A DNA stretch of 64,000 nucleotides from Christensenellales bacterium (GCA_050943215.1 JBMNOU010000004.1:4363-68362); one strand, 5' to 3'; shown: positions 1 to 10,500, numbered from the stretch's first letter. Notes: generated by a model not told the origin, from the letters alone. Made by a program: numbers and translations.

Positions 1-28
1 ATATTTAAAAATTTAGGAGGTAACGGCT

Positions 29-1171
29 ATGGATTTTAAACTCTCGCCCGAGCATCTGCTGTTGCAGCAAATGTACAGGAACTTTGCCGAAAATGAGGTA
101 AAGCCTTTGGCGGAAACGATTGACGAGGAAGAACGGTTTCCTTCAGAGACGATTATAAAGCTGGCGAGATACGGCTTTATGGGCATACCGTTCCCTAAAG
201 AGTATGGGGGACAGGGCGCAGACAATCTGGCATATGTAATGGCTATCGAAGAGATATCCAAGGTATGCGGGACGACGGGCGATATCGTATCGGCCCATAC
301 ATCGCTGTGTGCATGGCCGATCTATGAGTTCGGCACTGAGGAACAAAAAAGGAAATACCTGCCTCCTCTTTTGAGAGACGGGAAGGTTGGTGCGTTTGGA
401 CTTACCGAATCTAACGCGGGGACCGATGCATCGGGCCAGCAAACAAGAGCGATTCTAAAAGATGACCACTATGTTTTAAACGGCACAAAGATATTTATCA
501 CAAATGCTGCCTACGCGGATACATACATAATTTTTGCGATGACCGATAAATCGAAAGGAAAATCGGGAATATCCGCGTTTATTGTTGAAAAGGATTTCCC
601 CGGATTTTCAGTAGGCAAAATGGAGAGGAAAATGGGTATCCGTGGTTCCGCTACATGCGAGCTTATAATGGACAACTGCATGGTGCCTAAACAAAACCTG
701 CTCGGCAAAGAGGGCAGAGGGTTTTCCATCGCGATGAAGACGCTTGACGGAGGAAGAATCGGTATCGCGGCACAGGCGCTGGGGCTTGGAGAAGGCGCCA
801 TCGAAACAGCCATCAAATATGTCAAGGAAAGAAAACAGTTTGGCAAACGGCTTTCCCAGTTTCAGAATACGCAGTTTAAATTGGCGGAAATGCACGCAAG
901 AGCGCAGGCATGCCAGCTGCTTGTCTACAGAGCCGCATGTGAGAAAGACGCTAACCGAGAATACGGGCATCTAGCGGCTATAGCCAAGCTAATGAGTGCT
1001 GATATGGCCAACGATGTCACGCGAAAGGCGGTTCAGCTTTTGGGTGGCTACGGGTATACACGCGAATATCCGGTGGAACGGATGATGCGGGATGCGAAGA
1101 TCACTGAAATATACGAGGGCACCAGCGAGGTCCAGAAGATGGTTATCGCAGGGCACTTGAAAGTCAACTGA
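29..1171 (+). CDS. bcd: Short-chain acyl-CoA (butyryl-CoA type) dehydrogenase
   Basis: 380-aa ORF with an AGGAGG RBS upstream of the ATG at 29. Full-length acyl-CoA dehydrogenase architecture with C-terminal ITEIYEGTSEVQ motif. Followed directly by etfB-etfA, as in clostridial bcd-etfBA operons. Confidence 0.9.
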   Translation: MDFKLSPEHLLLQQMYRNFAENEVKPLAETIDEEERFPSETIIKLARYGFMGIPFPKEYGGQGADNLAYVMAIEEISKVCGTTGDIVSAHTSLCAWPIYEFGTEEQKRKYLPPLLRDGKVGAFGLTESNAGTDASGQQTRAILKDDHYVLNGTKIFITNAAYADTYIIFAMTDKSKGKSGISAFIVEKDFPGFSVGKMERKMGIRGSATCELIMDNCMVPKQNLLGKEGRGFSIAMKTLDGGRIGIAAQALGLGEGAIETAIKYVKERKQFGKRLSQFQNTQFKLAEMHARAQACQLLVYRAACEKDANREYGHLAAIAKLMSADMANDVTRKAVQLLGGYGYTREYPVERMMRDAKITEIYEGTSEVQKMVIAGHLKVN

Positions 1172-1194
1172 CAAACACGGCATAGGAGGGCAAT

Positions 1195-1986
1195 ATGAAT
1201 ATAGTTGTATGTGTAAAGCAAGTTCCGGACACAACCGAAGTTAAGGTCGATCCAATCAGCGGTACTCTGGTACGCGAAGGTATTCCGAGCATCATCAACC
1301 CAGACGATAAAGCCGGTGTAGAAGCGGCTCTTCGCATCAAAGAACAGTTGGGGGGAACAGTCACCATACTGTGTATGGGACCGCCTCAGGCGGATGTTGC
1401 ATTGCGCGAGTGCCTGGCAATGGGTGCGGACGAGGCAATTCTTCTCTCTGACCGCGCGTTTGCCGGTGCTGATACGTGGGCGACGTCTTCCACCCTTGCA
1501 GCGGCCATCAAAAAACTCGATTACGATTTAATCATTGCCGGCCGCCAGGCGATCGACGGCGATACCGCTCAGGTGGGGCCTCAGATTGCTGAGCATCTGA
1601 ATTTGCCGCAGGTCAGCTATGTGGAATGCATCAAAGAAGTGACCGAAAACAGTATCGTTGTACAACGGCAGTTTGAGGATAGGTATCATATCGTTGAGAT
1701 AAAGCTTCCATGCCTTATTACTGCGCTGAGCGAGCTCAATGTGCCTCGATATATGTCGGTGGGCGGCGCCTTTGACGCGTACAGGGAAAAGACAGTTAAG
1801 CATTGGAATCTTGAGAGCATTAAGGATACGATAGATATGGCCAATACCGGGCTTTCCGGATCACCCACAAGAGTCAAAAAATCGTTTACCAAGCAGGGAA
1901 AAGGAGCGGGTACAAAGTACGAGGTTGATGTGGATGAGGCTGTGGATATTATAATCAGCAAGCTGGCAGAGAGATACGTGATATAG
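1195..1986 (+). CDS. etfB: Electron transfer flavoprotein subunit beta
   Basis: 263-aa ORF beginning MNIVVCVKQVPD, a typical EtfB N-terminus. GGAGGG RBS; 23-nt gap after bcd. Confidence 0.9.
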   Translation: MNIVVCVKQVPDTTEVKVDPISGTLVREGIPSIINPDDKAGVEAALRIKEQLGGTVTILCMGPPQADVALRECLAMGADEAILLSDRAFAGADTWATSSTLAAAIKKLDYDLIIAGRQAIDGDTAQVGPQIAEHLNLPQVSYVECIKEVTENSIVVQRQFEDRYHIVEIKLPCLITALSELNVPRYMSVGGAFDAYREKTVKHWNLESIKDTIDMANTGLSGSPTRVKKSFTKQGKGAGTKYEVDVDEAVDIIISKLAERYVI

Positions 1987-1998
1987 GGGGAAACAAAC

Positions 1999-3006
1999 AT
2001 GAGTAAAAATATATTTGTATTTGCAGAACAAAGAGACGGCGAACTCCAAAAGGTGGCATTTGAACTTATTGGCAAAGCGAGGGAGCTTGCGGATAATTTA
2101 GATGAAAAAGTGGTCGCGGTACTAATCGGCCACGAAGTTGAGGCTCTTTCAAAACGCCTGATCTCATCCGGAGCAGATGAAGTGGTTTTAATACAAGACG
2201 AAATGCTTGCCGAATATGTGACAGAGCCGTATACAAAAGCAATTACCGCTGTTATTAAAGAATTTGATCCAGAGATATTCCTCTACGGTGCAACCGCTAT
2301 AGGACGTGACTTAGCGCCGAGAGTGTCCGCGCGTATTCACACCGGCCTTACAGCCGATTGCACGGGTCTGGCTATAGATCCTGAGTCCCGCAACCTTTTG
2401 ATGACGCGTCCGGCATTTGGCGGCAATATCATGGCCACGATTGTATGTGCGTCTCACCGGCCACAGATGGCCACTGTACGCCCCGGTGTAATGCAAATGA
2501 ATAAAATCGATACATCACTAGAAGGTATTGTAACACGGTTCGATGTCCATTTTAAAGAAACCGATATGAATGTAAAGATATTAAGCGTGGTCAAGGATGT
2601 TAAAAAGGTGGCCGATATCACCGAGGCAAAGATACTTGTGTCCGGCGGGCGTGGAATTGGCCGCCCGGAGAAGTTTGAAAGATTGGCAGAGCTTGCGGAT
2701 CTGCTTGGGGGAGAAGTCTCTTCTACGCGAGCCAATGTTGATGCCGGATGGATCACTAAAGACCGTCAGGTCGGACAGACGGGCAAAACAGTCAGGCCCA
2801 ATCTTTACATCGCCTGCGGTATATCGGGCGCTATCCAGCACCTTGCCGGCATGGAGGATTCCGATCTGATTATAGCGATCAACAAGGACGATACCGCGCC
2901 GATATTCGATGTAGCCGATGTTGGGATTGTGGGGGATATCGACATGATCATTCCAAAGCTAATCGATGCTATTAAGAAATATACTGCGCAAAAATGCGCC
3001 GGTTGA
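1999..3006 (+). CDS. etfA: Electron transfer flavoprotein subunit alpha
   Basis: 335-aa ORF with C-terminal FAD-binding signature LYIACGISGAIQHLAGM. 12-nt gap after etfB. Confidence 0.9.
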   Translation: MSKNIFVFAEQRDGELQKVAFELIGKARELADNLDEKVVAVLIGHEVEALSKRLISSGADEVVLIQDEMLAEYVTEPYTKAITAVIKEFDPEIFLYGATAIGRDLAPRVSARIHTGLTADCTGLAIDPESRNLLMTRPAFGGNIMATIVCASHRPQMATVRPGVMQMNKIDTSLEGIVTRFDVHFKETDMNVKILSVVKDVKKVADITEAKILVSGGRGIGRPEKFERLAELADLLGGEVSSTRANVDAGWITKDRQVGQTGKTVRPNLYIACGISGAIQHLAGMEDSDLIIAINKDDTAPIFDVADVGIVGDIDMIIPKLIDAIKKYTAQKCAG

Positions 3007-3032
3007 TGATTAATAACCAATAAAAGAGATAT

Positions 3033-3064
3033 AAAAAAGAGCCGCTTTAAAGCGGCTCTTTTTA
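3033..3064. terminator. Bidirectional rho-independent terminator between etfA (+) and the convergent dehydrogenase gene (-)
   Basis: 9-bp perfect stem AAGAGCCGC / GCGGCTCTT (3037-3045 / 3052-3060) with loop TTTAAA, flanked by an A-tract upstream and a T-tract downstream. Confidence 0.8.
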
Positions 3065-3104
3065 TAACCTTAATGTTGTTTCAAATCAAAAGTACGAAGA
3101 GGTC

Positions 3105-4145
3105 TTATAAAACTCTCTCGCCGCCCGGATAGATGACAACTTCGATACCGGTACCGTCCTTCATGGCATTCATTCCGTCTTCGAACTGGTCAAGAGTGAT
3201 ACGGTGGGTGATAAGCTGAGTGAAGTCAACAAGCCCGCTTCCAAGCACTCTGACCGTCGGAACGAGTGAGAACAGTCCGATAAAGTTGCCCATCACGGTA
3301 ATGTTGTTCCAGGTCAGATCCGTCTGGCAAATCGTCTGTCTGGCTGTGTCGTTCATGCCAAAGAGAAGGATCTTGCCGGCAGGCCTGACGCATTTCATCG
3401 CATCGGGTAAAAGCATACCCACAGCGTCAATAACAACATCGGCACCAACGCCATCCGTCGCGTTTAACACGGCTTCTTTCAAATCCTCATTTTTGGGATT
3501 GATCACAATATCGGCACCCATCTTCTTAGCGTAATCGATGCGGAAGTCTGAAACCTCAGAGATTATCACTTTTCCTGCGCCGTTAGCTTTGAGCAAAGCT
3601 GTGAAATATAGCCCGATCGGTCCCGCTCCGAGTACCAGCGCAGTCTCGCCGGGAATCAGCCTGATTTTTTCCATACCGCCCATTACACAGTTGATCGGCT
3701 CTGCGAAAACAGCAACGTCGGTCGGCATGTCGTCCGGAATCTTAACAGCCGCTTTTTCGGGTACCAAAACATATTCCGTAAACCCGCCGTCTACATGGAT
3801 ACCGATCGTTTCGATATTCCTGCACAGATTTGGATAACCGATCTGACACATAGGGCAATAGCCGCATGGGATATTCGGGTCACAGACGATTCTGTTGCCG
3901 ACTTTTAAATTTTTGACGTCTTTACCGACTTCAACGATCCTGCCGACGAATTCATGTCCTAAAATAGCGCCGAATGTTGCCGGCATGCCCGGGGGATCAT
4001 GCAGTATGTGCACATCAGAACCGCAAATGCTGGATGCTTCGATATGTACGAGTACCTGGTCCTGCTGGGTAATTTTTGGAATGGGCCGTTTAACAACTTC
4101 AAATTTTCCAACTTCTTTAAATATGACACCTGTCATTTCCTTCAT
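3105..4145 (-). CDS. Zn-dependent medium-chain alcohol/polyol dehydrogenase (sorbitol/threonine dehydrogenase-like)
   Basis: Catalytic-zinc motif GHEFVGRIVEVG, structural-zinc Cys cluster CGYCPMCQIGYPNLC and Rossmann motif GAGPIGL. Start moved to the ATG at 4145 (MKEMTGV), which has an AAAGGAGAG RBS; the track start at 4163 lacks one. Confidence 0.85.
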   Translation of the reverse strand: MKEMTGVIFKEVGKFEVVKRPIPKITQQDQVLVHIEASSICGSDVHILHDPPGMPATFGAILGHEFVGRIVEVGKDVKNLKVGNRIVCDPNIPCGYCPMCQIGYPNLCRNIETIGIHVDGGFTEYVLVPEKAAVKIPDDMPTDVAVFAEPINCVMGGMEKIRLIPGETALVLGAGPIGLYFTALLKANGAGKVIISEVSDFRIDYAKKMGADIVINPKNEDLKEAVLNATDGVGADVVIDAVGMLLPDAMKCVRPAGKILLFGMNDTARQTICQTDLTWNNITVMGNFIGLFSLVPTVRVLGSGLVDFTQLITHRITLDQFEDGMNAMKDGTGIEVVIYPGGERVL

Positions 4146-4530
4146 ACCAATCTCTCCTTTCAAAGTTAGCTATAAAACTTTTCTCTAAGGCCTTAGCAGA
4201 GTCTATACATATCACAACGCATTATAACTCTGGTTCGGTTAATATTCTATATTTTTCTATTATCGATCGCTTCTTTATTCATATAAATAAAGGCGAATAA
4301 ATGGTTGTGATCGTAAAGGGAAGTCAGCTCGTTCATTCTTATTTTCAAAAGAAGGTTACATAAGGTTCAATACCGGTAACCTTAAACCAAATTATTTAGG
4401 ATAGAGGATAAACCCTAGATAGAAGCACTGGTGATGCGATTAACGCTTATAATCCGGCATGCTTCGATCCGACTATGTGCCTATGGCTTCAAATTATTAG
4501 ATAAAATATTCCCCTGTTTACGATAGGTAT

Positions 4531-4563
4531 TATTAACAAAATGAATTGCGGGGGACCCCGCAA
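4531..4563 (-). terminator. Rho-independent terminator after the sugar ABC operon
   Basis: GC-rich hairpin TTGCGGGG(ga)CCCCGCAA at 4546-4563, followed on the minus strand by a T-rich tail (TTCATTTTGTT). Lies about 80 nt downstream of the binding-protein stop. Confidence 0.6.
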
Positions 4564-4640
4564 CGTTTAACAGCTGCGAAGCCCCCCAAACAATCACCGA
4601 TCAGTTTAACGATTCATCGTAGTTAAACCGGATCATTTTT

Positions 4641-5648
4641 TTACATAAAGTCAGCTACGTTTGAAGCGTCGATCTTTACAAACGGAATCCAAGTTTCTTT
4701 ATCAACGCTTTCACCTTTCAGGATCTTCAGCATAGCTTCAACACCACCGCGGGTCTGGCCAGCAGCATCCTGGAAGTATGTGCAGTCGTAGGTGCCATCC
4801 TGTATAGCGACCTTAGCATCCTGTAGACCGTCAACACCAATGATGTAGATCTTCTTGTCAAGGTTCGCAGCGACAACCGCCTGCATCGCACCGATACCCA
4901 TCTCATCGTTTTCAGCGATAACGCCGTCGATTTCATCACCGAAAGAAGTCAGCCAGTTCTCCATAAGATCCATACCCATGTCTCTCATCCAATCGGCTGT
5001 TTCCATAGCGAGAACTTCGATTTGCGGATGGTTAGCAAGAGCTTCCTCTATACCTTGTGTACGCTGAACCTCGGAAGACATTCCAAGATGGCCCTGAAGG
5101 ACAACGACTTTGCCGCCTTCTTCGCCAAGCTGTTCAGCCATCCAGTCGGTAATGTTTCTGCCGACCTCAACGTCGTCAGAGCCGACATAAGAGTCAATGA
5201 TGTCCGTGTTGGGGATAGTGTTAACCGCAACGACAGGAATACCGGCTTCTTTTGCCTTCTCTATAGCAGGAACGGCAGCATCTACGTCAACCGGTGTAAT
5301 AAGGATGCCGTCGACCTGGTTTGTAATCAACGTCTCAACCTGACCTATCTGATTTGTAACGTCATTGTCGGCGTCAACGATTTCATACTCAACACCTAAA
5401 TCAGCGCATGCGGCTTCATAACCGTCATACATTAGTCTGCCATATTCACTCTTGGTTAGATGCAGTGAAATACCAAGGCGAAATGTCTTCTCTGGTGCAG
5501 CTTCGCTTGTCTCTGGCGCAGCTTCGCTTGTCTCTGGCGCAGCTTCGCTAGCGCTTGGTTGTTCTTCGGCTTTCGGAGCGCAGCCAATCATTGCAAAACA
5601 TAAAACCGCAACGATCATTAACACAAGCATAGATTTCAACAGTTTCAT
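4641..5648 (-). CDS. Sugar ABC transporter substrate-binding lipoprotein (RbsB-like, periplasmic-binding-protein type I)
   Basis: Signal peptide plus lipobox (FAMIGC), then a Pro/Glu/Ala-rich linker and a type-I sugar-binding fold. Last gene of an ATPase-permease-SBP operon. Confidence 0.85.
   Translation of the reverse strand: MKLLKSMLVLMIVAVLCFAMIGCAPKAEEQPSASEAAPETSEAAPETSEAAPEKTFRLGISLHLTKSEYGRLMYDGYEAACADLGVEYEIVDADNDVTNQIGQVETLITNQVDGILITPVDVDAAVPAIEKAKEAGIPVVAVNTIPNTDIIDSYVGSDDVEVGRNITDWMAEQLGEEGGKVVVLQGHLGMSSEVQRTQGIEEALANHPQIEVLAMETADWMRDMGMDLMENWLTSFGDEIDGVIAENDEMGIGAMQAVVAANLDKKIYIIGVDGLQDAKVAIQDGTYDCTYFQDAAGQTRGGVEAMLKILKGESVDKETWIPFVKIDASNVADFM
5490..5552. repeat. In-frame 21-nt tandem repeat x3 in the lipoprotein linker
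   Basis: Three near-identical 21-nt units (ctctggYgcagcttcgcttgt). On the minus strand they encode SEAAPET-SEAAPET-SEAAPEK directly after the lipobox Cys. Confidence 0.95.
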
Positions 5649-5705
5649 TTTCTTCTTCTTCCTCCTTTTTTTTAAATGCCTTATTAGGCATAAACTAAAT
5701 TCAAA

Positions 5706-6680
5706 TTATTTTGCTTCCTTCTTCGTCTGGACGTCCAATACGACGGACAAGATGATTATAGCACCTTTTACGATCAATTGGTAGTACGAAGACACATTTA
5801 ATAAGTCTAGACCATTGTTGAGAATACCGATCAGCAAAAAGCCGAGTGCGGTGCCCCAGAGCGACCCTTCGCCGCCCATCAGGCTTGTACCGCCGATGAC
5901 GGCTGCCGCAACGGCATCAAGCTCATAACCTTCACCGGATACGGCAAGGCCTGCGCTAACACGCGATGTCAGTACTACACCGGCAAGCCCGGCAAGCAAA
6001 CCGCTGATAGCGTAGACGACTACTTTGAGCGGCCTTACCTTAAGACCTGAAACAAGCGCTGCGTCTTCATTGCCGCCGATGGCGTAAACGTATCGGCCGA
6101 ATTTTGTTTTATAAAGTATAAACAGCATTATTGCAAAGACAATAATCAAAATGATAACCGGGATCGGGACGCCGAACCAATAACCGGAGCCCATTGCCAG
6201 GAAATCTTTTGACAAACCATTGACCGGCTTGGCGTTGGACATAACATATGTAAGTCCTCGCGCGATACTTAGCATGCCGAGCGTTTGGATAAACGCCGGA
6301 ACACGGACATACGAAATCAGCAATCCGTTGATCAGACCGATGACTCCTCCTGCAAGGATACCGACTACAATTGGAACAACGATAGTCATTTCATGATTTT
6401 TCGCTAAAATAGCCGTGACGATACCTGCGAAGCCGACGATGGAGCCAAGAGACAAATCGATACCGGCTAAAAGGATAACATATGTCATGCCTATAGCGAG
6501 CAGACCATTAATAGAAATCTGCCTCAAAACATTCATGATATTGTTATACGTTGCAAAGTTCGGCTTAACGATAGACAATGCAATAATGATGATTACCAAA
6601 AAAGCGACAAGACCATATTTCTTGTAAATTTCGGCCCTGCTGACTTTTTTTATTTCCATTTTCTTTACGTCAGTTTTCAT
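5706..6680 (-). CDS. Sugar ABC transporter permease (RbsC/AraH family)
   Basis: Polytopic membrane protein of the ribose/monosaccharide permease type. Start set at the ATG at 6680 (MKTDVKK) behind a GGGGGAG RBS; the longer track ORF would overlap the ATPase gene. Confidence 0.85.
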   Translation of the reverse strand: MKTDVKKMEIKKVSRAEIYKKYGLVAFLVIIIIALSIVKPNFATYNNIMNVLRQISINGLLAIGMTYVILLAGIDLSLGSIVGFAGIVTAILAKNHEMTIVVPIVVGILAGGVIGLINGLLISYVRVPAFIQTLGMLSIARGLTYVMSNAKPVNGLSKDFLAMGSGYWFGVPIPVIILIIVFAIMLFILYKTKFGRYVYAIGGNEDAALVSGLKVRPLKVVVYAISGLLAGLAGVVLTSRVSAGLAVSGEGYELDAVAAAVIGGTSLMGGEGSLWGTALGFLLIGILNNGLDLLNVSSYYQLIVKGAIIILSVVLDVQTKKEAK

Positions 6681-6696
6681 AACGCTCCCCCTGTTT

Positions 6697-8184
6697 TTAC
6701 AGATTTGACATCGCCAAACGAAGGATTTCCGTTTGGTCAAATTCATCTTTTTTTAGTTCGCCTACGACAGTCTTGTTACTAAAAACAACAATTCTGTCGC
6801 TCATGCCAAGTATCTCCGGCAGCTCGGAAGAAATAAATATGACCGCTTTACCGCTCGAGCAAATATCGTTCATGATCTTGTAGATCTCATGCTTTGCGCC
6901 GACATCAATTCCGCGTGTCGGTTCGTCGAGTATTAGCAGATCAGGTTCGGTCAGCAGTACCTTAGCGAGAACGACCTTTTGTTGGTTGCCGCCCGACAAA
7001 GTCCTAACGAGCTGTCTCATGTGCCTTGATTTAATCTGCAGCTTTTCATAAATATCTTTTGAAACGTCTCTTTCCGCTTTGGAGCTGATCAGCCATCTTA
7101 ACGATGAAACAAGTTTCATTGATGCCACAGTAATATTTTTCATTATTGACATGGCTAAGAACAAACCAAAACGTTTTCTGTCTTCCGTCACGAACCCCAT
7201 GCCGCTTTCATACGCCTGGCTCGGGTGAGTGAAGTTGACAGACTTTCCTTTGAAAATAACCGTACCGCTATCGCGTTTGGTCACGCCAAAAAGTGCTTCC
7301 ATAACTTCGGTTCTGCCAGCGCCCATTAGGCCTACAACGCCCAGCACCTCTCCGCGTTTGACATTAAAGTTGACATCGTAAAACTTATTCTCTTTTTTAA
7401 GATCTTTGACTTCCAAAATCGTTTCGCCGATATTAGACTGCCTTGGCGGGTAGATCTGATCCAGCTTGCGGCCCACCATGCTGTAGAGAACATGTTCAAA
7501 ATCGACATCTTTCGTTTGCCAGCTACCGATAAGCTCTCCGTCACGCAATACGGTGATCTCATCGCTGATATGAAACACTTCATCCATTTTATGCGAGATA
7601 TAGATGATTCCGATACCCTGTTTCTTTAATTTTTCAATAACATCGAACAGGATTTTGACCTCTCTGTCGGTAAGAGCAGAGGTCGGTTCGTCCATGATGA
7701 GTATATCCGAATCATAATACACCGCTTTTGCAATTTCCACTAATTGTTGGTCGGCAACTTTTAAGCGTCCCATAGTAGTATTTGCCTTGATGTTACAATT
7801 CATTTCCTTTAACAACTCATCTGCTTTTTTGTTTAATTCTTTGTAATCGACCAGTCCATACTTTCCAGGTATATGACCTAGATAGATGTTTTCGGACACT
7901 TTCATCCCTTTGATCGGTGACAATTCCTGGTGGATCATTGCGATACCGTTCCTGATCGCATCGATGGGTTTATGCATGACGACTTTTTTACCCTTAAGAA
8001 GAATCTCGCCTTCTTCAACTGAGTATATTCCCGCCAGCATTTTCATCAATGTTGATTTTCCAGCTCCGTTCTCTCCGCAAAGCGCATGAACGGTTCCAGG
8101 CTTTACGCGAAAATCGACATTTTGCAATACACGAACGCCATAGAATGATTTGGACATGCCTTTCATTTCAAGTGAATATGTCAT
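6697..8184 (-). CDS. Sugar ABC transporter ATP-binding protein with duplicated nucleotide-binding domains (RbsA/MglA-like)
   Basis: Two NBDs: Walker A GENGAGKST and GLMGAGRTE, plus signature LSGGNQQK. Start set at the ATG at 8184 (MTYSLEMKG) behind an AAGGGG RBS. Confidence 0.9.
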   Translation of the reverse strand: MTYSLEMKGMSKSFYGVRVLQNVDFRVKPGTVHALCGENGAGKSTLMKMLAGIYSVEEGEILLKGKKVVMHKPIDAIRNGIAMIHQELSPIKGMKVSENIYLGHIPGKYGLVDYKELNKKADELLKEMNCNIKANTTMGRLKVADQQLVEIAKAVYYDSDILIMDEPTSALTDREVKILFDVIEKLKKQGIGIIYISHKMDEVFHISDEITVLRDGELIGSWQTKDVDFEHVLYSMVGRKLDQIYPPRQSNIGETILEVKDLKKENKFYDVNFNVKRGEVLGVVGLMGAGRTEVMEALFGVTKRDSGTVIFKGKSVNFTHPSQAYESGMGFVTEDRKRFGLFLAMSIMKNITVASMKLVSSLRWLISSKAERDVSKDIYEKLQIKSRHMRQLVRTLSGGNQQKVVLAKVLLTEPDLLILDEPTRGIDVGAKHEIYKIMNDICSSGKAVIFISSELPEILGMSDRIVVFSNKTVVGELKKDEFDQTEILRLAMSNL

Positions 8185-8691
8185 AATATACCCCTTGCTT
8201 TCGAGTTCTTGTATACATGTTAGCAGAATACATGCCATTAGAGTATTCCCAAATTCTTTGATTAGTTCCTTATTTTTTTTAATAAACGGTTGACTTTCTA
8301 CAAAATGTACAGTATCATCGTAAAGTGTTATTGAGTAAAGAATAGTATTTATATAACGTAAATTATACTTTGAGTCATATTATTAATATGTACAGACTAC
8401 TATATTATATATCAAATCAAAAAAGATAGCAACAAAAGATAATATTCTTAACAGAAAGGTAATTAGTTGCTGCCCTAAGGTGCAGTACTGGATGATATAG
8501 TATAGTTTGCAATGCTTATATCAGCAAAGGGTGACGGGCAGCGAGTTTCAACAATCAGAAATAGTTAGAACTATTTTTAGGGATGGATCTTAAGATATGG
8601 TCCTTAAAAAGACGACAAATGTCCGCATGTATTTGCGGGTAAGTTATTTTTTGGCTGATTCTGTTGAGACCAAATTAGGTAAAGATTTGGC

Positions 8692-10500
8692 GTGTTAATA
8701 AAGCGGATATACAGTAAAATTTTAGGTTTCAGCATTACAAAAAAATTTACAATTGTATTTTTTGTTGTTTTTGTTGTGCCCGTTTTTGTTTTGATCGCCA
8801 TCATATATACCCAGCAGATTGGGAACACCGTTCAATCATTTGAAAAATGGGCATCTGCAAAAATAGATCAAATCTATTATCATGCGGAAAAAAATCTATC
8901 GATTGTAGAGAAAACAGCGGCTCAAATGATATATGGAAATAACCTCCAATATTATATGACCGATACGAAGGGTATTTCTGATAGCGAATGGTCTGGCTTT
9001 GTAACGTCTTATCAAAACAAGGTAATGAGTCTGCGTTATGCGTATAATGAACTATTCTATAAAATTAGTCTATATTCGGATAGCTTTAAGCAAAGAGAGA
9101 TCGATGGGTATATTTACGATATTGAAAGGCTCAAAGACCTGTCCGAATATGAAAGCATCATATCCGGCAGTGAGAGGACGTTTTGCGGCAACGTCAGTAA
9201 AACCCATAACGACTCGGATGAATTTTCTAAAACGAATGGTAGCTGGATAGTGCCATATTATTATAAGGTATATTCACCGCACAACAATGCGTTTATAGGC
9301 GTAATTAAAATTGATGTGCTTGCCAGCAAGCTGCTTGATCACAAAAACATCAACCTCGATGAAAATGATACTTACTTCGTTTACGGCGATAACGGCTATC
9401 TGCTTTACGAGAAAAACGAAGATGGGATCGTCAGCAGTGTTGATATAGATAAAATTGCTACGGACAAAGGCGTATTGGATATTGATGGAAAGTATATCGC
9501 TTATGAATGCTTTGAGAAATTGGGGTTCAAAGTATTCATAGGCATCAATAAAAGCGATCTTACAGACATCATGCAAAACCAACGGCTGTTGCTGGTTTGG
9601 CTGTTGTTCTTTGCAAGCATACTGGTGATCTTTCTGGTCTGGCTGATTATCAATCTGATGTTTAAACGTCTGAAAAATTTGGTCAAGATCATTGAAAATG
9701 TTGAACAAGGAGATTTTAACCTGCATCTTGAAGATCGCGGTAACGATGAGATATCCATTATCATTAGACGTTTTAATGAGATGGCCAAAAAGCTGAAAGA
9801 AAACATTGAAAACGCGATACAAAAAGAAACGGCGCATAAAGAAGCGGAACTCAAAGCGCTGCAACTGCAGATTAATCCGCACTTTATGTACAATGTACTT
9901 GAGAATCTAAGAATGCAATGTGAAATCAAGGGCGATTCCGAAATGGCCGATACGCTGATATCGCTTGCAGATTTTTTCAGGTATAGCATAAAAAATCAGA
10001 GCGAGATTGTGACGCTTGAGACGGAGATGAATCATCTTGAAAACTATATAGCGATAATGAAATTTAGATACCAGGATAAACTTGTGCTGACGGAAAATAT
10101 CAATACTGCTTGTTATCACTGCAGGATACCTAAAGTATCGCTTCAGCCGATCGTTGAGAATTGTTTTAGGCATGCGTTTACCAACAAACAGTCTCCCTGG
10201 AAGATTTCAATATCTACCGAAGTTAATAATGATACACTGCTGATTATCATACAAGACAACGGGCAAGGCATCAGCCCAAAAGATCTAGCCCGGTTAAATG
10301 ATGACTTGCAGCGTAATAAAACGTCGCTAAACTCACCCGTTGAAGGCAATCCAATCGGGTTTCATAATGTGAACAGCCGTATTAAAATGCTGTTCGGCGA
10401 CCAATTCGGTATAAGGCTTGAAAGCCGCGTCAATATCGGCACGAAAGTCAGTATCGTATTGCCGTTCTACATTGAAAACAAGGAGGTTATTTATGATTAA
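8692..10500 (+). CDS. Sensor histidine kinase, YesM-like (two TM segments, extracellular sensor, HAMP, PF06580-type His kinase, HATPase)
   Basis: N-terminal TM, ~270-aa extracellular region, second TM and a HAMP-like segment. H-box QINPHFMYNVLENL and a C-terminal ATPase region (IIIQDNGQGI). GTG start; the 3' end overlaps the response-regulator start by 8 nt. Confidence 0.85.
   Translation: MLIKRIYSKILGFSITKKFTIVFFVVFVVPVFVLIAIIYTQQIGNTVQSFEKWASAKIDQIYYHAEKNLSIVEKTAAQMIYGNNLQYYMTDTKGISDSEWSGFVTSYQNKVMSLRYAYNELFYKISLYSDSFKQREIDGYIYDIERLKDLSEYESIISGSERTFCGNVSKTHNDSDEFSKTNGSWIVPYYYKVYSPHNNAFIGVIKIDVLASKLLDHKNINLDENDTYFVYGDNGYLLYEKNEDGIVSSVDIDKIATDKGVLDIDGKYIAYECFEKLGFKVFIGINKSDLTDIMQNQRLLLVWLLFFASILVIFLVWLIINLMFKRLKNLVKIIENVEQGDFNLHLEDRGNDEISIIIRRFNEMAKKLKENIENAIQKETAHKEAELKALQLQINPHFMYNVLENLRMQCEIKGDSEMADTLISLADFFRYSIKNQSEIVTLETEMNHLENYIAIMKFRYQDKLVLTENINTACYHCRIPKVSLQPIVENCFRHAFTNKQSPWKISISTEVNNDTLLIIIQDNGQGISPKDLARLNDDLQRNKTSLNSPVEGNPIGFHNVNSRIKMLFGDQFGIRLESRVNIGTKVSIVLPFYIENKEVIYD

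Noticed and set aside
5490-5552. Short direct repeats checked as a possible CRISPR array (also 43384-43455)
   Set aside because: The units are contiguous with no spacers, in frame within coding sequence, and only 3-4 copies long. They are coding tandem repeats, not CRISPR. No CRISPR-like repeat-spacer structure was seen anywhere in the window.
9274-9989. Long antisense ORFs (202 and 162 aa) inside the histidine kinase gene
   Set aside because: They are antisense to a gene with clear kinase motifs and are AT-rich, stop-poor artefacts with no RBS or domain signal. The same reasoning rejects 511-970, 32805-33329, 34278-34805, 34947-35444, 37945-38568, 38966-39403, 55789-56295 and other minus-strand or alternate-frame ORFs nested in well-supported genes.
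10418-10492. N-terminal extensions of track ORFs (also 4146-4163, 6681-6746, 8185-8238, 12280-12294, 26307-26327, 28645-28668, 38063-38089, 39557-39586, 40635-40676, 49886-49951, 52425-52430, 56190-56222, 56988-57035)
   Set aside because: In each case an internal start codon has a far better Shine-Dalgarno sequence and gives a canonical N-terminus. The longer form would overlap the upstream gene or add non-homologous residues.
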